Source: an uncultured Oscillospiraceae bacterium (GTDB lineage Bacteria > Bacillota > Clostridia > Oscillospirales > Ruminococcaceae). From it: a stretch of DNA of 64,000 nucleotides. A program made the position numbers and the translations under genes. This document shows positions 29,199 to 38,910 of the stretch, in pieces (position 1 is the first letter of the stretch; every line of letters starts with the position of its first letter). The DNA lies in the NCBI GenBank assembly GCA_910587135.1, contig CAJULF010000006.1, positions 8,518 through 72,517 on the forward strand, read 5' to 3'. The notes below the pieces were generated by a model. It was not told where the DNA came from. It saw only the letters and a list, made by a program, of their open reading frames with translations, and searched no databases.

Positions 29199-30227
29199 AT
29201 GTCAATGAATTTTAAAAGAAAGCTCCCCATTCCCAAGGAGATAAAGGAGCTTTACCCCCTTTCCGAGGAGATAAAAAAGGTCAAGGCACAGAGAGATTTG
29301 GAAATAGCGGAGGTGTTCCGCGGCAATTCCGATAAATTCCTGTTGATTATCGGTCCCTGCTCGGCTGATAACGAGGAGTCGGTTATGGATTACAACCACC
29401 GTCTTGCCCGAGTTCAGGAGCAGGTAAAGGATAAAATACTTATTATTCCCCGCATATACACGGGTAAGCCCCGAACCAACGGCACCGGATACAAGGGAAT
29501 GATCCACCAGCCCGACCCCACCAAGGGAGAGGACATGCTGGAGGGACTTGTTCAGATAAGAAAGCTGCACGCAAGGGCTATTGAGGAAACGAAGCTTACC
29601 TGCGCGGACGAAATGCTCTATCCCGAAAATTACCGTTATCTTTCGGATCTGCTGAGCTATGTCGCAGTAGGAGCGCGCTCCGTTGAGGACCAGCACCACC
29701 GCATTACAGCCAGCGGAATGGAGTGCCCTGTAGGTATGAAGAATCCCACCAGCGGCGCTATTTCCGTAATGCTCAATTCCATTCAGGCGGCGCAGGCAAA
29801 GCACACCTTTATCTATCGCGGCTGGGAGGTTGAAACGGAGGGCAATCCGCTCTGCCACGCTATACTTCGCGGAGCGGCGAACAAGCACAATCAGAATATC
29901 CCCAACTACCATTATGAGGACTTGAAGCTGTGTTACGATATGTACATGGAGAGGGGACTGGAAAATCCCGCGGTCATCGTGGATACCAACCATTCCAATT
30001 CCGCCAAGCAGTATCTGGAACAGATACGTATAGCAAACGAGATTCTGCACTCCATGCGCCATTCCACCGAGATAAGAAAGCTGGTCAAGGGGCTGATGAT
30101 AGAAAGCTACATTGAGGACGGCGCGCAGAAGGTTGAGGAGGGCATTTACGGAAAATCAATCACCGACCCCTGCCTTGGCTGGGAAAAGAGCGAAAGGCTG
30201 ATTCTGGATATTGCCGATCAGTTGTAA
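29199..30227 (+). CDS. aroF: 3-deoxy-7-phosphoheptulonate (DAHP) synthase, class I
   Basis: IGPCS, KPRT, GARS, GMKNPT, DTNHSNS, SITDPCLGW. Confidence 0.95.
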   Translation: MSMNFKRKLPIPKEIKELYPLSEEIKKVKAQRDLEIAEVFRGNSDKFLLIIGPCSADNEESVMDYNHRLARVQEQVKDKILIIPRIYTGKPRTNGTGYKGMIHQPDPTKGEDMLEGLVQIRKLHARAIEETKLTCADEMLYPENYRYLSDLLSYVAVGARSVEDQHHRITASGMECPVGMKNPTSGAISVMLNSIQAAQAKHTFIYRGWEVETEGNPLCHAILRGAANKHNQNIPNYHYEDLKLCYDMYMERGLENPAVIVDTNHSNSAKQYLEQIRIANEILHSMRHSTEIRKLVKGLMIESYIEDGAQKVEEGIYGKSITDPCLGWEKSERLILDIADQL

Positions 30228-30232
30228 TAAAT

Positions 30233-30460
30233 AAAAGCTATGACGGGAACAGAGTAGCAGTGTGAGAACCCTTTCAGAGAGCCGTTGGCAGGTGAGAAAC
30301 GGCGGGAGCGCACAGTGAATTACCTCCCCGAGCGGCGCGGCGAACGGATTCCTATTAGCCCGCACGGGTAAGCCCGTTAAAGCTGTTCAAGGCGGCGTTG
30401 TGCCGTAAATTGAGGTGGTACCGCGTTTATTCGCCCTCTGCTTATGCAGGGGGCTTTTGT
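30233..30460 (+). promoter_or_regulatory. T-box riboswitch, probable Tyr (TAC) specifier
   Basis: AGTA, AGAGA and GGTGAGA stem I boxes; GAA-T-TAC at 30317-30323; T-box AATTGAGGTGGTACCGCG; terminator gccctctgc-ttat-gcagggggc-tttt. Confidence 0.92.
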
Positions 30461-30481
30461 TGTATGAAAGGGGTAATTGGC

Positions 30482-31873
30482 ATGAAAAAACATATCGGCA
30501 TTATTCTACTATCAGCAGTTATATTGATCGGCGGGTGCAAGGTTAACTCGGCGGGCGACGGAGTAAATCTTGTGATGGATACCGCCGAGGCGGAGAGTGT
30601 TCCCGAGGCGCTTACCGAACGGAATAGCTCCGAGGTATGCCCCGAAACAACGCAAGAAGCTGTCAAAACTGCGGAAGAAGCTGCCAAATCAACGGGAGAA
30701 GCTTCCGAAACAGCGGAAAATACTCCCGAAACGTCTGAAAAATCAATTGAAACAGCTTGGGAATTCGCCGAAACGCAAAGTATCAACGAGGAAGTTTCCG
30801 TCAAACTTGCCGCGCAAGCCGAGGGGTATGTCACCGAAACCTCCCGTTTTTCGGGAACTCTCACAGGCTCGTTCAGCACCGCCGCAAAGCTGGAGGTGGA
30901 GATAGACGTGCCCTTCGGGAAGCAGTGCATAATTGACCGCAACGGGCGGGTGACCATTCCGAATGAGGGGTGGCATGAGGACGACACGGTATATGCCTAC
31001 TTCGCGGATTATGAGTATTACACGGAGGATGTCATTGCGGAATTTACGGATGGCTTTCGTGACGAGGAAAGTCTGTATGAGATGACGGCCACAAAGGAGC
31101 AGACCGACAGCGGCGAGGATTTTTATATTGAGATAAGCCGTTTTTATGAGGACAGCAGCTTTACGCAGGTCAGCAATACCTTTGCAGAGGGAATATATAT
31201 CCTGGAAAACGGGCATCACATGGTGTGGCGCTACATAAACCGCAATCAGTTTGAGGAGGACGTTTTCCTGAGCGATGCTGTAAAGTCGCTGAAAAGCGTT
31301 AAATTTACCGAATATATCCCCGATCAGTCCGAAATAGACCAAGCGGAGCTGGACGCTATCATAGAGGCGCTTGTTCAGGCGGGGGAAATACAGACGGAAT
31401 TCCCGTGGCGCACGGAAGTCGCGGACGCACGCAGCTTTGACGAGAGAACGACCCTTGATCTGCGGAAAAGCGGCGAGCCGAATGTCCTTGACGTTACGGT
31501 AAGCGGCGGTAATGTAACTATCCGCGATATGCTGAATATTCACGTTCTGCATACGGACGTTGCGGGAAGATTCGGCAGTTCCGTTGAGGTTGACGGTACG
31601 TCCGAGGGAGCGGTGATAACGTTCAGTGTAGACAAGCGCAACATGAAGAACGTTCCCATGCAGAACCTGATAGTGCTGCACTATAACGGGGAGGACGCGT
31701 GGTATGACGAGCTGCCGAGCAAGGTGGATGAATCGCTGAGCATTGTAAGCGCCAAAACCGACGGTGACGGCTGTTATTTGCTTGCAGATCTGTACGAGTG
31801 GTACAGCGTTTGGGGATTTCCGATACCCGAAGGCAGCGAGCATATTATTGAAAATTACGGCGAAACCGAGTGA
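30482..31873 (+). CDS. Acidic lipoprotein of unknown function
   Basis: Signal peptide with IGGC lipobox; E/T/S-rich linker; domain shared with next gene. Confidence 0.8.
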   Translation: MKKHIGIILLSAVILIGGCKVNSAGDGVNLVMDTAEAESVPEALTERNSSEVCPETTQEAVKTAEEAAKSTGEASETAENTPETSEKSIETAWEFAETQSINEEVSVKLAAQAEGYVTETSRFSGTLTGSFSTAAKLEVEIDVPFGKQCIIDRNGRVTIPNEGWHEDDTVYAYFADYEYYTEDVIAEFTDGFRDEESLYEMTATKEQTDSGEDFYIEISRFYEDSSFTQVSNTFAEGIYILENGHHMVWRYINRNQFEEDVFLSDAVKSLKSVKFTEYIPDQSEIDQAELDAIIEALVQAGEIQTEFPWRTEVADARSFDERTTLDLRKSGEPNVLDVTVSGGNVTIRDMLNIHVLHTDVAGRFGSSVEVDGTSEGAVITFSVDKRNMKNVPMQNLIVLHYNGEDAWYDELPSKVDESLSIVSAKTDGDGCYLLADLYEWYSVWGFPIPEGSEHIIENYGETE

Positions 31874-31919
31874 AGTTTTGTGCGGTGTTGCCTATATTCG
31901 GTATGAAAGAGGTATTGTT

Positions 31920-33152
31920 ATGAGAAAAAGAGCGGCGCTGCTATTGGCGGCGGTTATGCTGTGCGGCTGCAAAGCCGAAACGTCGGAGGTTGCGGAGCGC
32001 ATAACCTCCGAAACGGAGCCCGAAACAAGTTCTTCGGAGGAAACTGCCGAAACAGATCTTCCCGAAAGCAGCTTGGAAAGCTCCCGCGCGGAAACCCGAG
32101 AAGTCCCCGACCAAGTGTTCACTACGGAGATAATTCCCGTTGAGAGCACGGAAACTGCCGAGCCGATAGTTATTCCGCCCATTTATGACGATGCGGAATA
32201 TTATTCGGTAACCTCATTTTTTGAGGGAGAAATAGATGACAGTTATCTGTGCGGAAAGCTGTATTTCGGCTTGACCGTGCCGTTCGGGTTGGAGCTTACC
32301 ACAGCGGGAACAGTTGTTCTTGACAGCGGCAGTTCTATGGAAACACCTACCGTCTATGCCGGCTGGACGGCAGAGAATCTTACCGAGGAGTATTGGGAGA
32401 GTGACGATAACAATGATAAGCGCACCGTTGACGTTTCAAAAGCGCTTACCAACGAGGGCGAAGAGTTTTATCTTGTGGTTGAGCGCTCCTTTGAGGATAG
32501 CGCCCTGACGCGGTTTGAGAGGACTTTGGTAAAGGGTCTGTACCCGCTTGAGCGCGGATATTTTCAGTGGATATACTATTGTTATGATGAAGCTGCGGAG
32601 CGGGAATTTATCAGCGATGCTTCAAATTCGCTGCGGTCTGTGATATGCAGCCCGACCTACTTTGAGCAGCCGACGACTGACGCGGGAAATCCCGAAACCG
32701 CCGAACCGCGGAGCGATTTCGGCTTTAAGTTAAAGTTGCCCGAGGGGACAAGCCTTGTTGAGGAAAACACGGTGAACGACCTGCCGAACACCGGGCTTGA
32801 ATCGGTGATCCGTGCGGTATCCGAGGGCGGCGCTTTGAATATATCCGTGACCGAGGTAAGCGGTTCGGGTGCGTGGGAGCACGCGTTGACCTGCGCGGAA
32901 AGCGTCCGCGCCGAGTTGGATATAGAGGGTGTGCCGCCCGAGAAAATGGAGGAGCTTGTAAGCTTCGGGGACAAAATAATAATTCTTAAGAAGACCCCTC
33001 TTGTAAAGGGATATTTGTATACCGTCAGCGGCTTCTACAAGCAAGACGACGGTAATTACACAATGCTGTTCGCTTTCGTGAGCGGTGAAAACGCGGAGGC
33101 TCACGAGCAGGCTTTAATTGATCTGGCCGGGTCATTTGAATTTGAAAAGTAA
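31920..33152 (+). CDS. Acidic lipoprotein of unknown function, paralog of upstream gene
   Basis: LCGC lipobox; shared 'VPFG...TVYA...GE.FY....R..EDS..T....G.Y.LE.G...F.SDA..SL.SV' pattern. Confidence 0.8.
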   Translation: MRKRAALLLAAVMLCGCKAETSEVAERITSETEPETSSSEETAETDLPESSLESSRAETREVPDQVFTTEIIPVESTETAEPIVIPPIYDDAEYYSVTSFFEGEIDDSYLCGKLYFGLTVPFGLELTTAGTVVLDSGSSMETPTVYAGWTAENLTEEYWESDDNNDKRTVDVSKALTNEGEEFYLVVERSFEDSALTRFERTLVKGLYPLERGYFQWIYYCYDEAAEREFISDASNSLRSVICSPTYFEQPTTDAGNPETAEPRSDFGFKLKLPEGTSLVEENTVNDLPNTGLESVIRAVSEGGALNISVTEVSGSGAWEHALTCAESVRAELDIEGVPPEKMEELVSFGDKIIILKKTPLVKGYLYTVSGFYKQDDGNYTMLFAFVSGENAEAHEQALIDLAGSFEFEK

Positions 33153-33263
33153 GCGGAGACATTGTGCTTCAGACTTTGAAGGGTGGTGATATCAGTGGGA
33201 TTTGAGAAAAATCTCATCTGCTATGATAAAGTTTTCCGATAATAAATTTTAGGAGGCCTTGAA

Positions 33264-33725
33264 ATGATAAGAAAGGCGGTCAGTGAGGATATACCGCGTG
33301 TTGCGGAGCTTTTCCGACAGCTTCACGAGCATCATGTCGGTATAAAGCCCGAAACGTTCCGAATGCCCGAGGACGAGTGGTTTTTTGAAAGGATTAGCGG
33401 TATTTTCGGGGACGAAGAAGCTGCAATATTGGTAAGCGACGACGGTGAACTGAACGGTTATGCGGTGGTAAAAATAATCGATGTGAACACCAAAGATAAG
33501 CACCCGCGGCGAATGTGCTATATCGATTGCTTTGCGGTCGCTGAAAATGCGCGGCGGCAGGGGATAGGAACGTCGCTTTTCGGTGAGATAAAGCGTTTTG
33601 CGCGTGAGAACGGCTGTACAAGCGTTCGGTTGGGCGTTTCCGCCTGCAATACGGGCGCCGTGGAGTTTTACGCTAAGATGGGACTTGCGCCGAGGACTAT
33701 ACAGATGGAGATCAAAATCGATTAA
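33264..33725 (+). CDS. GNAT family N-acetyltransferase
   Basis: AGGAGG RBS; 'VAENARRQGIGTSL', 'N..AVEFYAKMG'. Confidence 0.92.
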   Translation: MIRKAVSEDIPRVAELFRQLHEHHVGIKPETFRMPEDEWFFERISGIFGDEEAAILVSDDGELNGYAVVKIIDVNTKDKHPRRMCYIDCFAVAENARRQGIGTSLFGEIKRFARENGCTSVRLGVSACNTGAVEFYAKMGLAPRTIQMEIKID

Positions 33726-33902
33726 GGCAACACCGCACAAAGCCCGCGCTTCGCGCTTTGCACGCATCTTGCTTGCATATTTTCCGTCATCTTGCACAAG
33801 TTCTCCTTGGCGGGCGTCAGCCCGCCGGCGTCGACCTTGTACAATCTGACGAAAAATCTGACGGCGCAATCTGCGCACAAGCTTTGTGCGGTGTTGCCTT
33901 AA
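33722..33902. mobile_element. MITE family 2, full copy
   Basis: Perfect 22-bp terminal inverted repeats ttaaggcaacaccgcacaaagc / gctttgtgcggtgttgccttaa; non-coding interior. Confidence 0.85.
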
Positions 33903-33940
33903 GTCGGCAGAAAATTCAAATTTGAAAAGGAGATTTTATT

Positions 33941-35143
33941 ATGGAACTTTATGACGAGCTTGTTGCGCGTGGACTTATCGCGCAGGTAACGGACGAGCAG
34001 GAAATCAAGAAGATGATAAACGCGGGAAAGGCGACCTTTTATATCGGATTTGACCCGACCGCGGATTCGCTTCATGTGGGTCATTTTATGGCACTGTGCC
34101 TTATGAAGCGTTTGCAGATGGCGGGCAACAAGCCCATAGCGCTTCTGGGCGGCGGAACGGGAATGATAGGTGATCCCTCCGGCAAGAGCGATATGCGCAA
34201 AATGCTCACCAAAGAGGATATCGACCACAACATCGAATGCTTCAAGAAGCAGATGAGCCGCTTTATCGATTTTTCGGAGGATAAGGCGATAATGGTCAAC
34301 AACGCGGACTGGCTGCTTGATTTGAATTATGTTGAGGTTTTGAGAGAGGTGGGGGCGTGCTTCAGCGTAAACAAAATGCTTACATTTGAGTGTTACAAGC
34401 AGCGCATGGAGCGCGGGCTGACGTTCCTGGAATTCAACTACATGATAATGCAGAGCTACGATTTCTATATGCTGTATCAGAAATACGGCTGCAATATGCA
34501 GTTTGGCGGCGACGACCAGTGGGCGAATATGCTTGGCGGTACGGAGCTTATCCGCAAGAAGCTCGGCAAGGACGCTCACGCGATGACCATCACGCTGCTG
34601 CTCAACTCCGAGGGCAAGAAGATGGGTAAGACGGAAAAGGGCGCTGTGTGGCTCGACCCGAACAAGACAAGCCCGTTCGAGTTTTTCCAGTACTGGAGAA
34701 ATATCGCCGACGCGGACGTTATGAAGTGTATACGTATGCTCACGTTCCTGCCAATCGAGCAGATAGAGGAGATGTCCGCGTGGGAGGGCAGCGAGCTCAA
34801 CAAGGCAAAAGAGATACTCGCCTATGAGCTTACAAAGCTGGTTCACGGCGGCGAGGAGGCTGACAAGGCGCTTGAGGGCGCAAAGAGCCTTTTCGGCGGC
34901 AAGGGAAACACCGAAAATATGCCCACGGTAAAAGTGGAGCTTACCGACGGGAAAATCGGCATTCTCGATCTGTTGGTAAACACCAAGCTCGCGCCCTCCA
35001 AGCGCGAAGCGAGAAATCTCGTTTCGGGCAAGGGTATAGCGGTGGACGATGTTATAATAGAGGACGCAAACGCTCAGATAGTGATAAACGGTGAAATAAT
35101 CCTACGCAAGGGCAAAAAGGTGTTCCTTAAGGTAGTTGTCTGA
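33941..35143 (+). CDS. tyrS: Tyrosine--tRNA ligase
   Basis: GFDPTADSLHVGH, QFGGDDQWAN, KMGKT; C-terminal S4-like domain. Confidence 0.97.
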   Translation: MELYDELVARGLIAQVTDEQEIKKMINAGKATFYIGFDPTADSLHVGHFMALCLMKRLQMAGNKPIALLGGGTGMIGDPSGKSDMRKMLTKEDIDHNIECFKKQMSRFIDFSEDKAIMVNNADWLLDLNYVEVLREVGACFSVNKMLTFECYKQRMERGLTFLEFNYMIMQSYDFYMLYQKYGCNMQFGGDDQWANMLGGTELIRKKLGKDAHAMTITLLLNSEGKKMGKTEKGAVWLDPNKTSPFEFFQYWRNIADADVMKCIRMLTFLPIEQIEEMSAWEGSELNKAKEILAYELTKLVHGGEEADKALEGAKSLFGGKGNTENMPTVKVELTDGKIGILDLLVNTKLAPSKREARNLVSGKGIAVDDVIIEDANAQIVINGEIILRKGKKVFLKVVV

Positions 35144-35175
35144 TATAAGACAACACCGCACATAGCTTGTGCGGT

Positions 35176-35367
35176 CAGCTTGTAGAAAAAGCTTATAAGC
35201 CACGCAATGTCGGCGCATGAAATTTCAAAAAGTGTCGGAATTTGCGAAGCAAATTCCGACCGGTTTCCGCAATCGCGCGGAGTGAGCGAAGCGAACGGCG
35301 CGTGATTGCGGAAATTTTGAAATTTTTTTAAATAATCCGCTCTTGGTCAACCTTTATATACAGGCTG
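35176..35367 (+). mobile_element. MITE family 1, copy B, with perfect 21-bp target duplication
   Basis: accgcacatagcttgtgcggt at 35155-35175 and 35368-35388; ends cagcttgtag / tacaggctg. Confidence 0.92.
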
Positions 35368-35409
35368 ACCGCACATAGCTTGTGCGGTGTTGCTTTAACA
35401 GAACTTTTC

Positions 35410-35445
35410 GCGCCTGTTGGGTTAATGTGCCCGACAGGCGCTTTT
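35410..35445 (+). terminator. Intrinsic terminator after tyrS
   Basis: gcgcctgttgggt...gcccgacaggcgc-tttt. Confidence 0.7.
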
Positions 35446-35514
35446 ACAATTGGAAGCTCGGATATAAAGCGAAAAATTCTACTGAAAGTTGAATTTTCCT
35501 CAATTCAGCGGTTA

Positions 35515-35543
35515 TTGATTTGCGGCGGTATTCCTGTTATAAT
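35515..35543 (+). promoter_or_regulatory. SigA promoter
   Basis: TTGATT-17 nt-TATAAT with TG. Confidence 0.65.
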
Positions 35544-35589
35544 ATAATCAGAAACGGCGCCGTTTTAATCTTATTAAAGGAGAATTGCC

Positions 35590-36681
35590 ATGACACTTTA
35601 TATCGGTGAAAATCTAAAAAAGCAGCGAAAGCTGCGCGAGCTTACGCAGGAGCAGCTTGCGGATATCATCGGGGTATCATTTCAGTCCGTTTCAAAGTGG
35701 GAGCGGAACGAGGGCTACCCCGACATCGAAACGCTCCCGACGATAGCCGGTTATTTCGGGATAACCGTCGACGAGCTTATGGGAATGGACAGGATAAAGG
35801 ATACCTCCGAGGTGGATAATATTCTTAAGACCGTAAGCGAAAACGCCGTGATGGGGCGTATCGAGGAGAACATCACGCTGCTGGAGGAGGCGGTAAAGCG
35901 CTTTCCGAACGATTACAGACTGCTCTCGGAATACGCGCATTATCTAACGTTTGTGAACTGGAACAGGGAGGGCGAAGCCTTCCGCAAAAACTGCCTTAAG
36001 GCGATAGACGTATGCGAAAGGATATTGGCGGAGTGCACCGACAATCGCATAAGAAATACCGCTCAGGTAACGCTTTGTTATAGTTATCAGAACGCGGGGC
36101 AGCACGAAAAGGCGGTGGAGGAGGTGAAGAAGCTTCCTTTTATGTGGGAGAGCTCCGAGGTCGTGGGCGAGAACGTTCTCGAGGGGGACGAGCTGCTTAA
36201 TTTGCGTCAGATCAACGTCGTCGGTCTGACGGAGCTGTTGTATATTTCACTTGTCGGAATGTCCCGCGAGGACGACCCGCGTTTTACGCCGCAGCAGAAG
36301 ATAGCGATAGAGCAGAAAGCCATCGCGGTGTATGAGATAATATTTGACAAAGGCGATTACAACTACTACGCCCATAACCTGTCCTACGCTTACCGTCAGA
36401 TAGCGTTGATAGCCATACTTGAGGGAGACCGCGGTCTTGCGCTCGAAAGCCTTGAAAAATCCGCCGAATACGCGATAGCGCAGGATGAGCTGCCCGACGA
36501 GAAGCCCTATACCTCGCTGCCCGTAAACAGGCTGGTATACAAAAGGGAGAACACCATGACAAATAACCGCGGCTCGTTCAGCGAGGAGCTTCTTAAGCAT
36601 ATGGCGATGAGCCGTTACGACATGATAAGGAACGAACCGCGTTTCAGAGCGGTGGAGGAGCGCCTGAAGAATATGGGATAA
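35590..36681 (+). CDS. XRE-family HTH regulator with TPR-like helical C-terminus
   Basis: 'LTQEQLADIIGVSFQSVSKWE...PDI' HTH followed by helical repeats. Confidence 0.88.
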   Translation: MTLYIGENLKKQRKLRELTQEQLADIIGVSFQSVSKWERNEGYPDIETLPTIAGYFGITVDELMGMDRIKDTSEVDNILKTVSENAVMGRIEENITLLEEAVKRFPNDYRLLSEYAHYLTFVNWNREGEAFRKNCLKAIDVCERILAECTDNRIRNTAQVTLCYSYQNAGQHEKAVEEVKKLPFMWESSEVVGENVLEGDELLNLRQINVVGLTELLYISLVGMSREDDPRFTPQQKIAIEQKAIAVYEIIFDKGDYNYYAHNLSYAYRQIALIAILEGDRGLALESLEKSAEYAIAQDELPDEKPYTSLPVNRLVYKRENTMTNNRGSFSEELLKHMAMSRYDMIRNEPRFRAVEERLKNMG

Positions 36682-36695
36682 TTTTGCTTTAGGGG

Positions 36696-36724
36696 TTGAA
36701 ATCCGCTGATAATTATGTTATAAT
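36696..36724 (+). promoter_or_regulatory. SigA promoter of rubrerythrin
   Basis: TTGAAA-17 nt-TATAAT with TG. Confidence 0.7.
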
Positions 36725-36732
36725 CTGATTGT

Positions 36733-36958
36733 GGGAAATTTTTCCCGTATAAAGCATATCGCGAAAAGCAATACTCTCGTCATGGTCGGATTCAAGCCCA
36801 TGCAGTTCAGCAACGTAAAAAACGGCAGCGCTTCGCCCGCGCGGGGGGAAATCAAGCCGCAGTGAAAGCGGAATGAAAAGCTTTTGCGCTGAGCCGGCAC
36901 GCTCTGCCGCAAAGTGGCTTAGTGCGCGATACGGAAAATTCAGATTTAAATCAGGAGG
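36733..36958 (+). repeat. Structured repeat filling the rubrerythrin 5'UTR
   Basis: Basal stem aatttttcccgtat / atacggaaaatt; 3' end 'ggaaaattcagatttaaatcaggagg' resembles 17052-17078. Confidence 0.6.
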
Positions 36959-36963
36959 AAGTT

Positions 36964-37503
36964 ATGGCTAACAAATACGCGGGTACGCAGACGGAGAAAA
37001 ATCTTGAGGCAGCCTTTGCGGGCGAGTCGCAGGCGAGGAATAAGTACACCTACTTCGCTTCAAAGGCGAAGAAGGAGGGCTTTGAGCAGATTGCGGCGCT
37101 GTTCCTGAAAACCGCTGACAATGAGAAAGAGCACGCAAAGATGTGGTTCAAGGAATTGAACGGTATCGGCAGCACCGCGGAGAACCTCGGCGCGGCGGCA
37201 AGCGGCGAGAATTACGAGTGGACGGATATGTATGAGGATTTTGCCAAGACCGCCGAGGCGGAGGGCTTTACAGAGCTTGCGGCGAAATTCCGCGCCGTTG
37301 CGGCTATCGAAAAGCACCATGAGGAGCGCTACCGCGCACTGCTTAAGAACGTGGAAATGCAGGAGGTTTTTGCCAAGAGCGAGGTAAAGGTGTGGGAGTG
37401 CCGCAACTGCGGTCACATCGTCGTAGGAACGAACGCTCCCGAGGTATGTCCCGTATGCAGCCACCCGCAGAGCTATTTTGAGATCAGCGCCGAAAACTAT
37501 TGA
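36964..37503 (+). CDS. rbr: Rubrerythrin
   Basis: [29 protein letters not shown]...CPVCSHP. Confidence 0.96.
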   Translation: MANKYAGTQTEKNLEAAFAGESQARNKYTYFASKAKKEGFEQIAALFLKTADNEKEHAKMWFKELNGIGSTAENLGAAASGENYEWTDMYEDFAKTAEAEGFTELAAKFRAVAAIEKHHEERYRALLKNVEMQEVFAKSEVKVWECRNCGHIVVGTNAPEVCPVCSHPQSYFEISAENY

Positions 37504-37721
37504 TGGGCTGACTGTTATCCGATAAATTTTCAAGACCGCTTCCAAGCCTTGCTTTAGGAGCGGTCTATTTTGTATGCCGCGTCAAGTTGTTTGTGTTTTT
37601 CAGGTCTTCTTGCTTTTGTGCATAATGCATAAAAGTTTTAACAATTATTTGTTGATAACCGCACCTTTGGGCAAAATTTTTCCAAACGCGGTTTTTGGGG
37701 GAATTTTGTGCAATTTTTGAT

Positions 37722-37750
37722 TTGACAAAAACTTGATATAGTGGTATAAT
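37722..37750 (+). promoter_or_regulatory. SigA promoter of the radical SAM-ruv operon
   Basis: TTGACA-17 nt-TATAAT with TG. Confidence 0.85.
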
Positions 37751-37786
37751 AAACTGATTAGGTATATCTGAAAGGAGTTTTTTTAG

Positions 37787-38401
37787 TTGACAATTTTCTA
37801 TAAATTTGAAGGCAAGATGTATATTAATCTTACAAACGGCTGCCCCTGCAAATGCGTTTTCTGTATACGCGACAATGCCGACAGTATAAGCGGCAACGAC
37901 AGCTTGTGGCTGGAGCATGAGCCGACTATGGAGGAGATCGTTTCCGCGTTTGAGAGTTTCGACAAAACGGGTATTTCCGAGGCGGTATTCTGCGGATACG
38001 GCGAGCCTATGGTAAGAGCCGATATGGTAGTAAGTACCGCGGAATATATCAAAGCGCACTCCGACATGAAGCTGCGGCTCAATACCAACGGGCTTGTTAA
38101 GCTGATACATCCCGATTTTGACATAAACCGCTTAAAGGGTCTGATTGACAGCGTTTCCATAAGCCTGAACGCGCCCAATGCCGTGCGCTACAATGAGGTG
38201 ACTCGCCCATCGTTCGGGGAAAAGGCGTTCGATACAATGCTTGATTTTGCGGATAAGATAAAGGGGATATGCCATACCGCCTTTACGGTGGTGGATGTCA
38301 TTTCCGCCGGGGAAATTGAGGAGTGCCGCGCTGTCGCGGACAAAATGGGCATTCCTCTCCGCGTGCGCGCCTACGTCACGGACAACGAGAGCTACACATG
38401 A
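37787..38401 (+). CDS. Radical SAM protein, TatD-associated type
   Basis: YINLTN.CPCKCVFC.R, FCGYGEP, NTNG, SISLNA; TTG start after AAGGAG. Confidence 0.88.
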   Translation: MTIFYKFEGKMYINLTNGCPCKCVFCIRDNADSISGNDSLWLEHEPTMEEIVSAFESFDKTGISEAVFCGYGEPMVRADMVVSTAEYIKAHSDMKLRLNTNGLVKLIHPDFDINRLKGLIDSVSISLNAPNAVRYNEVTRPSFGEKAFDTMLDFADKIKGICHTAFTVVDVISAGEIEECRAVADKMGIPLRVRAYVTDNESYT

Positions 38402-38910
38402 GGATACTCGGGATAGACCCCGGCTACGCAATTGTCGGCTATGGGGTGCTGGATTACGACAATGTAGCGTTTAAAACTATAAACTACGGTGCGATAACCA
38501 CGGGCGCTGATACGCCGTTTGACAGACGGCTTGCGGAGATCTACCGTGACATGTGCGAGCTGCTGGATATGTTCAAGCCCGACTGCGTGAGCATAGAGAA
38601 GCTCTATTTCAACACAAATATTACCACGGGAATCGACGTGGCGCAGGCAAGGGGAGTGATAACCCTGTCCGCGGCGCTTCGGGATATCCCGATATACGAA
38701 TACACGCCGCTTCAGGTAAAGGTGGCGGTAACGGGCTACGGGCGGGCGGAGAAGCACCAGATGCAGGAAATGACAAAAAATATCCTGCGGCTGAAAGCGG
38801 TACCCAAGCCCGACGATACCGCGGACGCTCTGGCGATAGCGATATGCCACGGGCACACGGGCGGTTCGCAGCTGTCGAGAATTATGGAGCGGGAAAGGAA
38901 AAAGACATGA
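38398..38910 (+). CDS. ruvC: Holliday junction resolvase RuvC
   Basis: ILGIDPG, EKLYF, AQARG, DDTADALAIA. Confidence 0.96.
   Translation: MRILGIDPGYAIVGYGVLDYDNVAFKTINYGAITTGADTPFDRRLAEIYRDMCELLDMFKPDCVSIEKLYFNTNITTGIDVAQARGVITLSAALRDIPIYEYTPLQVKVAVTGYGRAEKHQMQEMTKNILRLKAVPKPDDTADALAIAICHGHTGGSQLSRIMERERKKT

Noticed and set aside
33180..33243. Second T-box (agggtggt) or 15-aa leader peptide before the GNAT
   Set aside because: Lacks ACC after TGGN, stem I and a terminator; the short GTG ORF has no supporting evidence
35590..36681. RRNPP-type quorum-sensing receptor with a cognate peptide gene
   Set aside because: HTH plus TPR-like architecture fits, but I found no small ORF with RBS and signal-peptide character in the flanks
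36706..36730. PerR/Fur box over the rubrerythrin promoter
   Set aside because: AT-rich similarity is largely explained by the -10 element; the palindrome is too weak to call
36922..36963. N-terminal extensions in the ORF track for rbr (also 17051, 47000, 30398, 53998, 56669)
   Set aside because: They run through repeats, promoters or the T-box; RBS position and homology support the downstream ATGs
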